Positions 1 through 9,175 of a stretch of DNA of 64,000 bases are shown piece by piece. The DNA comes from a virus, in IMG/VR virus record IMGVR_UViG_3300020048_003650, positions 32,001-96,000 of that record; one strand, 5' to 3'. The translations under genes and the position numbers were made by a program. Under the pieces are notes generated by a model. That model searched no databases. It saw only the letters and a list, made by a program, of their open reading frames with translations, and had not been told where the DNA came from. The first letter of the stretch is position 1, and each line of letters opens with the position of its first letter.

Positions 1-141
1 CATTACTGGCTTACCGTCTTTGCCACGAACGTCATTACAAACAGTACGCATTTCTCCCTTATTTTCATCTGGCTTTGTATCTTGTGCCCAGACAGTGCCT
101 AGGGCAAAACACAACGCTAGTGTCGTTATTATTTTTTTCAT
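1..141 (-). CDS. Secreted small protein, truncated by window edge
   Basis: ATG at 141 with AAGGA SD; MKKIITTLALCFALGTVWA signal peptide; not in ORF track. Confidence 0.65.
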   Translation of the reverse strand, partial: MKKIITTLALCFALGTVWAQDTKPDENKGEMRTVCNDVRGKDGKPVM

Positions 142-160
142 TTTTATTTTCCTTTTTAAA

Positions 161-628
161 TTAAACTACTGGATAATCAGGTTCTACTGGTCTTGCTTTT
201 CCGGCGCTGATTCCACTGTATGATGAGCCGTAACCGGCTACTGGAGATCCAAATGCGCCCATGGTATTTCCGCCAGACATTCTATTAGAATAACTATTGC
301 TAGCAATAGTAGATGAATAATTATTTGATGATATTAAACCACCGTTGTTGGCTCCTGCTAATTTTTCTTGTGTGCGACCAAATGCTGCAATACCTAAAAT
401 AGCACCCATGGCCATATGGAATAATCCGGCACCTTGTAGTGTAATAGGATTCCACTGAGTGTGAACCTGTCCACCGTGACCAGCCTGTATCAGACTCCAT
501 AAAACTGGAAATAGCACAAAGTCTGCCATACACACTGCCATGTACATCCACCCCATCATCGGACGCCATTTGGTGTTCATCCAGTCTTCTTTTTTCTTTT
601 CGCTTGCGCTCATTGTTTTTTCGGACAT
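161..628 (-). CDS. Holin-like membrane protein (GTA 3TM-holin type)
   Basis: WRPMMGW...PITLQGAGLFH...GRTQEK pattern, hydrophobic helices; GATAAATA upstream. Confidence 0.6.
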   Translation of the reverse strand: MSEKTMSASEKKKEDWMNTKWRPMMGWMYMAVCMADFVLFPVLWSLIQAGHGGQVHTQWNPITLQGAGLFHMAMGAILGIAAFGRTQEKLAGANNGGLISSNNYSSTIASNSYSNRMSGGNTMGAFGSPVAGYGSSYSGISAGKARPVEPDYPVV

Positions 629-709
629 TTATGTCTCTCCTTATTATTGTCACAGTATTTATCTATTTTGGTTCAGGGATTAGTCACTAGTATTGGGTAT
701 CCAAAAAAG

Positions 710-738
710 TTGACGCTGTTACATAACTATAGTATAAT
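710..738 (+). promoter_or_regulatory. sigma70 promoter
   Basis: TTGACG-N17-TATAAT. Confidence 0.7.
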
Positions 739-767
739 AAGTACATTAGTTACTAGGAAAATAATAC

Positions 768-938
768 ATGGGCAATCCAACACCAGATTATCTTTTAAAA
801 AGAGACCAAGAAATACGTGATCGTCTGACCGCTACTGCCGAAGCAGAACAAAAACGTAATGAAACAGAATCTAAAGAAAGTATTATTAAAAATGTAGATT
901 CTATTGATTCTGATAAATCTACAACACAGTCGAAGTAA
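768..938 (+). CDS. Small hypothetical protein (56 aa)
   Basis: AGGA SD, follows promoter; MGNPTPDYLLKRD...; below ORF-track cutoff. Confidence 0.55.
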   Translation: MGNPTPDYLLKRDQEIRDRLTATAEAEQKRNETESKESIIKNVDSIDSDKSTTQSK

Positions 939-1096
939 TACTAAGCGTAATCAGAGTTAGTTCATCAGTGTTCAAGCCTCGTGTTTAGTGGTCAGAACTA
1001 CTCTGCTTAAGTCTTAGCAGTACGTTGGTTTTATTAAGATATACAGAGATATTGTTTGACAAATTGTATTAAATATTAATACAAGGTAGATCAAAC

Positions 1097-1567
1097 ATGT
1101 ATAAAAATAATAAAAATAAAATACAAGTTGGTCTAGTAACGATATTGGCATGCACGGCATTCCAAGGGTCGGTCCTAGCCAGCGAACTGGTACATCATTT
1201 TAATAGTCCTGCCTTTAGTGGCCAGGGCTACTCGGCTCACGTCTTGACAATAGAACAATTAGAAGCACAACGCAAACAAAAAATTGCTGACGGTAAACAG
1301 TCTGTACTTGACAAAGCCGAGCGTGACGCTAAAAATACAACCTTATCAAAGTTCATTGTTAACTTAGAGTCTAGAATTTATGCTCAGTTGAGTAAACAGT
1401 TGGCTGATAATATGTTTGGAGAAAGTGGTAGAGACACGGGCACCTTAGACTTTCAGGGCAGCAGCATAACCTGGCTCAAGAGTGGCACTTCAGTAACACT
1501 AACTGTACTCGAAGCAAGTGGCAACAGAACTGAGATTACAGTACCAATAGCGAGCTTTGCGTTTTAA
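1097..1567 (+). CDS. csgF: Curli assembly protein CsgF-like
   Basis: Signal peptide then ASELVHHFNSPAFSG (CsgF N-terminal F-x-[NS]-P-x-F-x-G); LESRIYAQLS; adjacent to csgG. Confidence 0.8.
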   Translation: MYKNNKNKIQVGLVTILACTAFQGSVLASELVHHFNSPAFSGQGYSAHVLTIEQLEAQRKQKIADGKQSVLDKAERDAKNTTLSKFIVNLESRIYAQLSKQLADNMFGESGRDTGTLDFQGSSITWLKSGTSVTLTVLEASGNRTEITVPIASFAF

Positions 1568-1568
1568 T

Positions 1569-2342
1569 ATGCGTAATCTCATCTCACTCTTACTTGTATT
1601 GGTTTTATCTGGCTGTGCTCAAATTCACATGAACCTTGCTCAGGAAGAGCCTATTGAAATCAAGCCTCGTGAAAATTTAATCTCAAAGATTCCGCCGCTA
1701 GAAGGACCGGTTATCACCGTCGCTGTGTATGGATTCGCTGATAAAACAGGACAGCTTAAACCCAATGACAAAATAGCGTTATTTAGTAAGGCGGTTACAC
1801 AGGGCGCAGAAGTATTCTTGATTAAGAGTCTCAAAGATATTCCTGGTTGGTTTCGTGTAGTCGAGCGTGTAGGTCTAGACAATCTAATCAAAGAACGTCA
1901 ACTAATCAGAAATCAACGTGAAGTTTATGAGGGCAAGGATGCCCGACCGCTTAAGCCCATGACTGTCGCTGGACTTATCATAGAAGGCGGCATCATCGGC
2001 TATGATAGTAATATTAGAACCGGCGGTAACGGAGCCCGAATATTAGGAATTGGCGGCAGTCAACAGTATCGTGTTGATGAAGTAGTAGTCAGCGTTAGAT
2101 TGATTTCTGTTAATAGCGGTGAAGTACTCATAAGTAACTCAATCTCTAAAACGATTTACAGTACTTCTCACACACTAGGAGCACTTAAGTTCTTTGACTC
2201 TGCGACAATGAGCGTGGAGCTAGAAAACGGCGCAAGCTTGAATGAACCAACTACATATGCAGTACGTGTAGCAATCGAGCAAGCGGTGTATGAAATGATC
2301 ATGAGCGGCGAACGTTCAGGTCTATGGCATTTCAAAAAATAA
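1569..2342 (+). CDS. csgG: Curli secretion channel CsgG lipoprotein
   Basis: LSGC lipobox; AVYGFADKTGQ, FSKAVTQG, WFRVVER..L..L.KERQLIR, IEGGIIGYD. Confidence 0.9.
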   Translation: MRNLISLLLVLVLSGCAQIHMNLAQEEPIEIKPRENLISKIPPLEGPVITVAVYGFADKTGQLKPNDKIALFSKAVTQGAEVFLIKSLKDIPGWFRVVERVGLDNLIKERQLIRNQREVYEGKDARPLKPMTVAGLIIEGGIIGYDSNIRTGGNGARILGIGGSQQYRVDEVVVSVRLISVNSGEVLISNSISKTIYSTSHTLGALKFFDSATMSVELENGASLNEPTTYAVRVAIEQAVYEMIMSGERSGLWHFKK

Positions 2343-2360
2343 TAATAACAAGGAAACAAC

Positions 2361-2972
2361 ATGTTTAAACAACTAGGAATCATATCAGTGATAGCGGCCT
2401 TATTTTTCACGTCGCCCACTATTGCAAATGATATTTACATCGAACAGATAGGTGATGGTGCTACGGTCACACTTACACAGGATGGGTCGAGCAACAGAAT
2501 AGGCAGCGAGAACACACCTTCGCTCATCAAGGGTGACGCTAATGTGGTTACAGTTGATCAGATAGGCAGCGCAAATGAACTGGACATCTTGATCAACGGC
2601 ACGGCAGTCACGGCTACAGTCACTACAACTGGCAGCTACAACACTCAATCTATCACATGTGGCGCCTCTAACACGGCATCATGTGGAAGTTCGTTCATCA
2701 AACAAGAAACCACTGGTGATAATAACACAGTAACTCAAAACTTGATGAGCGCTGCTACACAACACAGTGAAATATTAGTATCTGGTGACTACAACACAGT
2801 GACACATGATACTACAGGTTCGGGCGGACACTCAGCAATAATCACTGTTGTTGGTGGCGTTGCACTGGGTGGTAATACTATTAGCTTAACACAGGGCGGA
2901 ACTAATGCACAACAGGCAACTATTACGTCAACTGGCAATAGCAACAATATTACTATCAATCAGTCAAACTAA
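2361..2972 (+). CDS. Curlin-like beta-solenoid secreted protein
   Basis: Signal peptide; repeated Q-x-G-x-x-N / G-x-x-N-x-[VI]-x-[QI] units; N/Q/G/T/S rich; follows csgFG. Confidence 0.7.
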   Translation: MFKQLGIISVIAALFFTSPTIANDIYIEQIGDGATVTLTQDGSSNRIGSENTPSLIKGDANVVTVDQIGSANELDILINGTAVTATVTTTGSYNTQSITCGASNTASCGSSFIKQETTGDNNTVTQNLMSAATQHSEILVSGDYNTVTHDTTGSGGHSAIITVVGGVALGGNTISLTQGGTNAQQATITSTGNSNNITINQSN

Positions 2973-3999
2973 TTTAGCTGCATCAATAGGACGAGTTACT
3001 GAACAAACTGGTCCTACTGAGATTGTTAGAAATAGCAAAAGTGTAGTTAGTGGTGTAGATGTTGGCGTTGAAATGCAGGACACGATAACGACTGCTCGTA
3101 GTCGGGTCACGCTTGCATTCGACGATAAGACTACTGTAAAAATAACTGAGCAGAGTAAGCTGGTGATTGATGACTTTGTCTATGACGCAAAACGTGGAAC
3201 AGGCAAACTTGCAGTACGAGTAGCACTAGGCACTGCCCGCTATGCATCAGGACAGATAGCCAAGAACTCACCACAATCTGTTAGCGTTAAGACACCAACT
3301 GCTACCGTCGCAGTTCGCGGCACTGACTTCGCAATGACTGTAGATGAACTAGGTCGTAGTCTTGTTATCTTACTGCCAAGCTGTGACAATCGTGGCTGTG
3401 TAACCGGCGCTATTGAAGTCTCTAACGAAGCGGGAACTGTACTACTAGATGTAGCGTATCAGGCTACATTAGTTGCTAGTCTAACACAACCGCCAACTAA
3501 GCCAGTGATAGTTAATCTCGATCAAGCCAACATCAATAACATGTTGATTATAAGTCCGCCGCCTGAGGTCGCTGACACCGCATACAGAGTTGAAAAAACA
3601 GCGTTAGACAGAAACGAACTTGATGTAGACTTACTGGCATTTAAAGACTTAGATCGAAATGACCTAGATGATAAGCGGGCGATTGATCGTAACGATTTAG
3701 AGATTGACCTACTATCATTCGTAGAAACTGATGAGTTATCTGCTGCAAATAAAACTGCACTGGGGAATGCTTTCGAAAAAAATATTCTGCCTAACTACAA
3801 TCCTGCTACAAACTTAAACTACTATTTCAATGATGATAGGAGTAAGATCACCCTGTATCGTAAACCTGATCATGTAGCAGAAGTTACATTCGACACTGAC
3901 AAGAATGTACAGCTTACCGTGAATCAAGATGGCACTATTGTACGACAACAAGTAAATCAAGGTGGCAGTACAGTCATCAACATCAAGCAGACTAAGTGA
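2905..3999 (+). CDS. FecR-domain periplasmic protein
   Basis: Signal peptide; D.I.T...F.D.T, EQSKLVIDDFVYD, VKTPTATVAVRGTDF, GAIEVSN. Confidence 0.85.
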   Translation: MHNRQLLRQLAIATILLSISQTNLAASIGRVTEQTGPTEIVRNSKSVVSGVDVGVEMQDTITTARSRVTLAFDDKTTVKITEQSKLVIDDFVYDAKRGTGKLAVRVALGTARYASGQIAKNSPQSVSVKTPTATVAVRGTDFAMTVDELGRSLVILLPSCDNRGCVTGAIEVSNEAGTVLLDVAYQATLVASLTQPPTKPVIVNLDQANINNMLIISPPPEVADTAYRVEKTALDRNELDVDLLAFKDLDRNDLDDKRAIDRNDLEIDLLSFVETDELSAANKTALGNAFEKNILPNYNPATNLNYYFNDDRSKITLYRKPDHVAEVTFDTDKNVQLTVNQDGTIVRQQVNQGGSTVINIKQTK

Positions 4000-4074
4000 T
4001 TTCAAATGTAACAAAACCGTAATAATAATATGCTACTATTATTGTAAATACTTTGTAACTTAAAGGAGATTACA

Positions 4075-5085
4075 ATGAAGAAAATAGTAGCTGTACTATT
4101 ATTAGCAGTATCCACATTCGTGGCATCGGCACAACAAATCACAGGCGCAGGCGCCACATTCCCTTATCCCATCTATGCTAAGTGGGCAGAAGTTTACAAT
4201 AAGGAAACTGGTATCAAATTCAATTATCAATCAATCGGCAGTTCAGGTGGCGTAAGACAAATCACAAACAAGACAGTAATGTTTGGCGCATCGGATGCTC
4301 CAGTATCAGGTGACAAACTATCCGAGACGGGGTTGTTGCAGTTTCCGGCTATTCTAGGCGGTGTAGTTCCAATCGCTAACTTAGATGGTTTCAAGCAAGG
4401 CGAACTGAGACTAACTGGTCCAGTGCTGGCTGAAATTTATCAAGGTACAATCCTTAAATGGAATGACGCTAAGATTGCCGCACTGAATCCTGGCAAACGT
4501 CTGCCGAATCAAAATATCACCGTAGTACATCGTGCTGACGGTTCTGGTACTACCTATCACTTTACAGATTATCTTGCCACAGTATCAAAGGACTGGGCAG
4601 ACAAGGTTGGTAAAGGTAACGCCGTGAAATGGCCAGCAGCCAGTTCAGTTGGTGGTAAAGGCAACGAAGGCGTAGCTGCTAACGTGACACGAGTTAAGGG
4701 TGCTATTGGTTATGTAGAATATGCCTACGCTAAAAAGAACAATATTAAATACCTTCAATTGCAGAATCGTGATGGCAACTATGTAAATCCCAACGAAGAA
4801 TCATTTGCCGCAGCAGCCGCTGATGCTGATTGGTTCAGTAAGCCAGGTATGGGCATTAGTATTATTGATGCTGCAGGCGCTAAGAGTTGGCCTATTGCTG
4901 GTGCCAGTTTTATATTAGTGTATGCAAAACCCTCTGATCCTCGAGCAACGGCAGAAGTCATTAAGTTTTTCGACTGGGCATTCCGTAACGGTAAGGCCAT
5001 GGCATCAGAGCTGGACTATGTGGCATTGCCTGACACGTTGACTGATCAGATCCGTGCTCGTGTTTGGTCACAGATCTCAAAGTAA
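4075..5085 (+). CDS. pstS: Phosphate ABC transporter substrate-binding protein
   Basis: GAGATFPYP, YQSIGSSGG, FGASD, RADGSGTT, GKGNEGV, IGYVEYAYA. Confidence 0.97.
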   Translation: MKKIVAVLLLAVSTFVASAQQITGAGATFPYPIYAKWAEVYNKETGIKFNYQSIGSSGGVRQITNKTVMFGASDAPVSGDKLSETGLLQFPAILGGVVPIANLDGFKQGELRLTGPVLAEIYQGTILKWNDAKIAALNPGKRLPNQNITVVHRADGSGTTYHFTDYLATVSKDWADKVGKGNAVKWPAASSVGGKGNEGVAANVTRVKGAIGYVEYAYAKKNNIKYLQLQNRDGNYVNPNEESFAAAAADADWFSKPGMGISIIDAAGAKSWPIAGASFILVYAKPSDPRATAEVIKFFDWAFRNGKAMASELDYVALPDTLTDQIRARVWSQISK

Positions 5086-5091
5086 ACCGGG

Positions 5092-5126
5092 TACAAGATA
5101 GAGTACACGCTGGAACTCGTAACCAG
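5092..5126 (+). repeat. Copy 1 of two-hairpin element
   Basis: tacaagatagagta-cacg-ctggaactcgtaaccag; near-identical copy at 7080. Confidence 0.85.
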
Positions 5127-5130
5127 TACT

Positions 5131-5152
5131 AAGAGCCGAGAGGCTCTTTTTT
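5131..5152 (+). terminator. Intrinsic terminator
   Basis: aagagcc-gaga-ggctctt followed by T run. Confidence 0.85.
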
Positions 5153-5175
5153 ATTACCAAGGGGTATATGGGGAT

Positions 5176-6048
5176 ATGAAGACTTATCGTTCAATTTTTG
5201 TCAGCGATGTCCATCTTGGCACTAAGGATAGCCAAGCAGAAAAACTCAACAACTTCTTAAAGCATAATACTTGCGATACTTTGTATCTAGTAGGAGATAT
5301 CATTGATGCGTGGAAGATACAACAAAATCGTTGGCGATGGAAACAAAGCCATACCAATGTAGTGCGTAGAGTACTAGGACATGCCAAGCGTGGCACTCGT
5401 GTGGTATTCATAGCAGGAAACCATGATGAATTTTTACGTTCGATGATACCGTATGGATTTAGTTTTGGTTCGATAGAAATACACAATCAAATAGAACATG
5501 TGGGTGCAGATGGCAAGCATTACTTGGTCACACACGGCGATCTGTTTGATGGTATTACTAGGCTAGCACCGTGGATTAGTTTTTTAGGAGATAGAGCATA
5601 TGACTTTATTCTCAGTGCCAACAGCAAATTTAATTGGATTCGTCATCGCCTGGGATTCGGTTATTGGAGTTTGAGTCAGTATCTCAAACAGCGAGTCAAA
5701 AAGGCAGTGGACTTTATATTTCAGTTTGAACGAAATCTAGCAGACTATTGTCGCAAGCGTGGCTTTGATGGAGTCATATGCGGACACATACATCACGCTG
5801 AGATCAAAGACATAGATGGAATAACATACATGAATGACGGCGACTGGGTTGAAAGTTGTACAGCACTAGTCGAACATCATGACGGCCGCTGGGAAATTGT
5901 AACTTGGACAAAGGAGAGTGATAATGGAATGGATATTGATAGTGATAGCAGTACACATAAACAATCCAATGGATCAACCAGGCCGAGTGGAAATACAAAT
6001 GCCCAGCCAACAGATTTGCGAACAAGCGTTGACAACAATCAAGTATGA
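5176..6048 (+). CDS. Metallophosphoesterase of PlcP/LpxH-like family
   Basis: SDVHLG, LVGDIID, GNHD, THGD, GHIH, NDGDWVES; next to pstS and a GT4. Confidence 0.85.
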   Translation: MKTYRSIFVSDVHLGTKDSQAEKLNNFLKHNTCDTLYLVGDIIDAWKIQQNRWRWKQSHTNVVRRVLGHAKRGTRVVFIAGNHDEFLRSMIPYGFSFGSIEIHNQIEHVGADGKHYLVTHGDLFDGITRLAPWISFLGDRAYDFILSANSKFNWIRHRLGFGYWSLSQYLKQRVKKAVDFIFQFERNLADYCRKRGFDGVICGHIHHAEIKDIDGITYMNDGDWVESCTALVEHHDGRWEIVTWTKESDNGMDIDSDSSTHKQSNGSTRPSGNTNAQPTDLRTSVDNNQV

Positions 6049-6097
6049 ATTCAAATTTAAATCTTTCAAGGTAGAAGCACAGTGCAAGAAAAAATAA
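5924..6097 (+). CDS. Overlapping 57-aa protein
   Basis: AAGGAG SD; MEWILIVIAVHINNP...CKKK; hydrophobic N-terminus, 2 Cys; absent from ORF track. Confidence 0.6.
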   Translation: MEWILIVIAVHINNPMDQPGRVEIQMPSQQICEQALTTIKYEFKFKSFKVEAQCKKK

Positions 6098-7089
6098 TTT
6101 TAGTTATCACTGACAATACTCGGGAGCAAGTAAATGGCGTGGTTACAACTTTCAAGAATATTGAGGCGCTGGCTGTTTTGGACGGGTATCGCATTGTATA
6201 CCTTGATCCCGGGCAGTTCCTACATGTTGGTTGCCCAGGCTACCCTGAAGTTAAACTTGGCCTTCCTTGGCAGATCGGCAAGAAGATCGAGGCGTTGGCT
6301 CCGGATCATATACACATCGCCACAGAAGGTCCTGTCGGTTTGTGTGCTAGACTTTATCTTGACAAACGCGGCTATCGTTACAATACTAGTTACCATACTA
6401 AATTCCCTGAGTTTCTAAACAAGTTGTACAAAATACCTACCAACTGGACTTATTGGTATGTGCGTTGGTTTCACAAACATTCAGGACGAGTATTGACCAC
6501 CACACCTGGCATGGTTGAAGATCTTAAACAAAATGGATTTACAGATGTTATGCCGTGGACTCGTGGAGTTAATCGTGACAATCTTTCAGCAACACAACCA
6601 AGGACGGCCAACTCTGAACCCATACTGCTTAGTGTAGGACGCTTGTCGCGAGAAAAAGGTCTCGATGATCTTGTGCCTCTACAGCACGAATTTCAAATTG
6701 TGATAGTGGGCGATGGTCCTTATCGTGCTGAACTAGAACGCAAAATGCCCAAGGCCAAATTTGTTGGTTATAAATCAGGATCTGAATTGGCCAATCTTTA
6801 TCAACAAGCAGATGTATTTGTGTTTCCCAGTCGCACAGACACTTTTGGATTGGTCATGATTGAATCCATGAGCCTGGGCACACCGGTTGCAGCCTATCCT
6901 GTGCGTGGTCCAATTGATGTGATAGAACCAAATGTCACAGGAGTTATGGATCAAGACTTGCGTACGGCTGTGAATCAAGCACTGTTATTGAATCGAACAC
7001 AGGTAAAAACAGCAGCGCAGTCATGGACCTGGGAGCGGGTCTGGACTATATTTCGTGAAAGTCTAATAGAAAAATCGGATACAAGATAG
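6082..7089 (+). CDS. GT4 glycosyltransferase (Agt-like)
   Basis: QVNGV, HIATEGPVG, SYHTKFPE, VGRLSREK, FPSRTDTFGLVMIE. Confidence 0.9.
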   Translation: MQEKIILVITDNTREQVNGVVTTFKNIEALAVLDGYRIVYLDPGQFLHVGCPGYPEVKLGLPWQIGKKIEALAPDHIHIATEGPVGLCARLYLDKRGYRYNTSYHTKFPEFLNKLYKIPTNWTYWYVRWFHKHSGRVLTTTPGMVEDLKQNGFTDVMPWTRGVNRDNLSATQPRTANSEPILLSVGRLSREKGLDDLVPLQHEFQIVIVGDGPYRAELERKMPKAKFVGYKSGSELANLYQQADVFVFPSRTDTFGLVMIESMSLGTPVAAYPVRGPIDVIEPNVTGVMDQDLRTAVNQALLLNRTQVKTAAQSWTWERVWTIFRESLIEKSDTR

Positions 7090-7113
7090 AGTATCTCTGG
7101 AACTCGTAACCAG
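7080..7113 (+). repeat. Copy 2 of two-hairpin element
   Basis: tacaagatagagta-tct-ctggaactcgtaaccag. Confidence 0.85.
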
Positions 7114-7126
7114 AATAAATAATAGT

Positions 7127-9175
7127 ATGATTAAACGCATACTACTCTCGCCATGGATGGCTCTACTTACACTCACTCTTGTAGTGTTAGTTCGAGTTAT
7201 AGATCCCGCGTTCGTAGAGAGCGTTAGATTAAGATATTTTGATACCTTAATCGTCAACAAGCCCGCGACAGAAAACAATATCTATACTGTAAATATTGAT
7301 GAAACAGCGATTGACGAGTACGGCCAGTGGCCGTTCAATCGTTCTGTGTATGCTGATATTATCAATGATTTATATAAGCGTGATGCTGGTCTCGTAGTAT
7401 TCAATGTGTTAATGTCTGAGACTGATCGATCACGTGGCGACGGCGTACTCGCTAAAACTATGCAGAAAGCACCTGTCATATTACCAAACATACCCGCTGA
7501 ACAAACAAAGAACACGCCAAAAAATCCCGGTGTGGCGATATTAGGTCCCCAATATCTCAATACGGTAATCACGTACCCGGGCATTATTGCTAACATACCA
7601 GTATTAGAAAATGCTGCAGCCGGTGTAGGAATAGTTAACACTCTGCCAGAAATTGATGGAGTAAATCGTAGACTACCGCTAGTAGTCGCTGCAAATGAAA
7701 AACTCTATCCTAGTATGGCACTAGAAGTACTCAGAGTGGCAGCTGGTGACCCTAGTTTTCAAATCAAACTAAATGAATCAGGTGTAGAGCGATTACGGAT
7801 TCCAAAGTTTGGACCAATATCAACAGATAATCTTGGTCGCATATGGATTGATTGGAGTCAACAGTCTCGTTCAGTATCGCTATCAGAACTACCTGATAAT
7901 TTAGACGGTGCTATCGTGATAGTTGGTCTCACTGCTGCTGGTATCAGTAACCCTGTTCCCACTGCAGTCGGAGCCCAATTTCCGCATTATGTACAAGCCG
8001 CTGTGATAGGCACCATGGCCAATGGCGTCAACATTCAAAGACCAGGCTGGGCAGATGGTGCTGAACTTTTAACTCTGTTTGCTGTGGGTGTTTTACTTTT
8101 ATTTTTAACCGGTTGGACCTATGTTGGAATTATCAGTGGTATTGTTGTTATTGTTGCTTTGTATCCTATTTCCCTGTATGTTTTCACGAATCATTTGTGG
8201 CTTGTTGATATCACTTCTGCTGCTGGTCTTGTTGTCGTGTTACTTCATGCTTATGGCACTAAGTTTGTAAGTGAGTTCTTACAGAAACAAGCAATCAAAC
8301 GACAGTTTGCAGGTTACGCATCACCAACAGTTGTGAAGTTGTTACAAGAGAATCCAGACTTAATTAAGCGTGGTGTTAAGCGTGAAGTATCTATCTGTTT
8401 TAGCGATCTCAGGGGCTTTACGCCATTAGGCGAAAGTTTCGGTGATGATGTCGGCGGCTTAACTGAAGTCATGAACGGTTACATGGATGCTATTACTCAG
8501 CCAGTGCTGGAAGCCAACGGTATGATTATCAAGTACATCGGTGACGCTTCAATGCATATTCACAATGCTCCTATTGAGGACCCCGACCATGCAAAAACAG
8601 CGGTGAGAGTAGGACTCCGGATGGTCGAGGCTGTACGGGAATTCAGTAAACAGTTGGAGGCTAAAGGTCGACCGGGTGTTAAGATGGGTGCTGGTATCAA
8701 TACAGGACTTGGTTACATTGGCGAGATGGGCTCTACTCAACGACATAGTTATGATGTACTAGGTGATGCTGTATCTACTACTGCCCGTATTGAGAGCAAG
8801 TGTAAAGAATATGGCTGTGTGCTGTTGGTCGGAGAAAACACAGTCAAACAGTGCGGAGATGATTTCTTGTTTCTCAAGATTGATGATCTGGCGGTCAAAG
8901 GCAAATCAGTTGGAGTTGGCATCTACACGGTGTTAGGCGTCATTGGTGATGCCACGCTGCGACAGGTTAGAGCGCAGAGAGAACACGATGAAATGCACAC
9001 GCTGTATCGTGCTCAGAAGTTTAGTGAAGCAATCGAAATGTGTGAAGAACTAAAATCGGAGTTTGATGGAAAAATGACAGACTACTACGACATGTGGATA
9101 GAACGCTGTGAATTTCAAAAGACACAGCGTCTACCGGCTGATTGGTCGGGCGTGTTTATTGCCCAGTCCAAGTAA
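7127..9175 (+). CDS. CHASE2-domain class III adenylate/guanylate cyclase
   Basis: N-terminal TM; IDE...GQWPF.R, DGV.RR (CHASE2); TM bundle; FSDLRGFT, KYIGDA, GINTG, YDVLGDAV..ARIES. Confidence 0.93.
   Translation: MIKRILLSPWMALLTLTLVVLVRVIDPAFVESVRLRYFDTLIVNKPATENNIYTVNIDETAIDEYGQWPFNRSVYADIINDLYKRDAGLVVFNVLMSETDRSRGDGVLAKTMQKAPVILPNIPAEQTKNTPKNPGVAILGPQYLNTVITYPGIIANIPVLENAAAGVGIVNTLPEIDGVNRRLPLVVAANEKLYPSMALEVLRVAAGDPSFQIKLNESGVERLRIPKFGPISTDNLGRIWIDWSQQSRSVSLSELPDNLDGAIVIVGLTAAGISNPVPTAVGAQFPHYVQAAVIGTMANGVNIQRPGWADGAELLTLFAVGVLLLFLTGWTYVGIISGIVVIVALYPISLYVFTNHLWLVDITSAAGLVVVLLHAYGTKFVSEFLQKQAIKRQFAGYASPTVVKLLQENPDLIKRGVKREVSICFSDLRGFTPLGESFGDDVGGLTEVMNGYMDAITQPVLEANGMIIKYIGDASMHIHNAPIEDPDHAKTAVRVGLRMVEAVREFSKQLEAKGRPGVKMGAGINTGLGYIGEMGSTQRHSYDVLGDAVSTTARIESKCKEYGCVLLVGENTVKQCGDDFLFLKIDDLAVKGKSVGVGIYTVLGVIGDATLRQVRAQREHDEMHTLYRAQKFSEAIEMCEELKSEFDGKMTDYYDMWIERCEFQKTQRLPADWSGVFIAQSK

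Noticed and set aside
20-653. ORFs 20..223 (+) and 321..653 (-)
   Set aside because: They overlap better-supported minus-strand genes and have no recognisable features.
965-1012. tRNA-like fragments (gttcaagcc; tagtggtcagaac)
   Set aside because: Wrong order, and no T-stem or acceptor stem can be formed.
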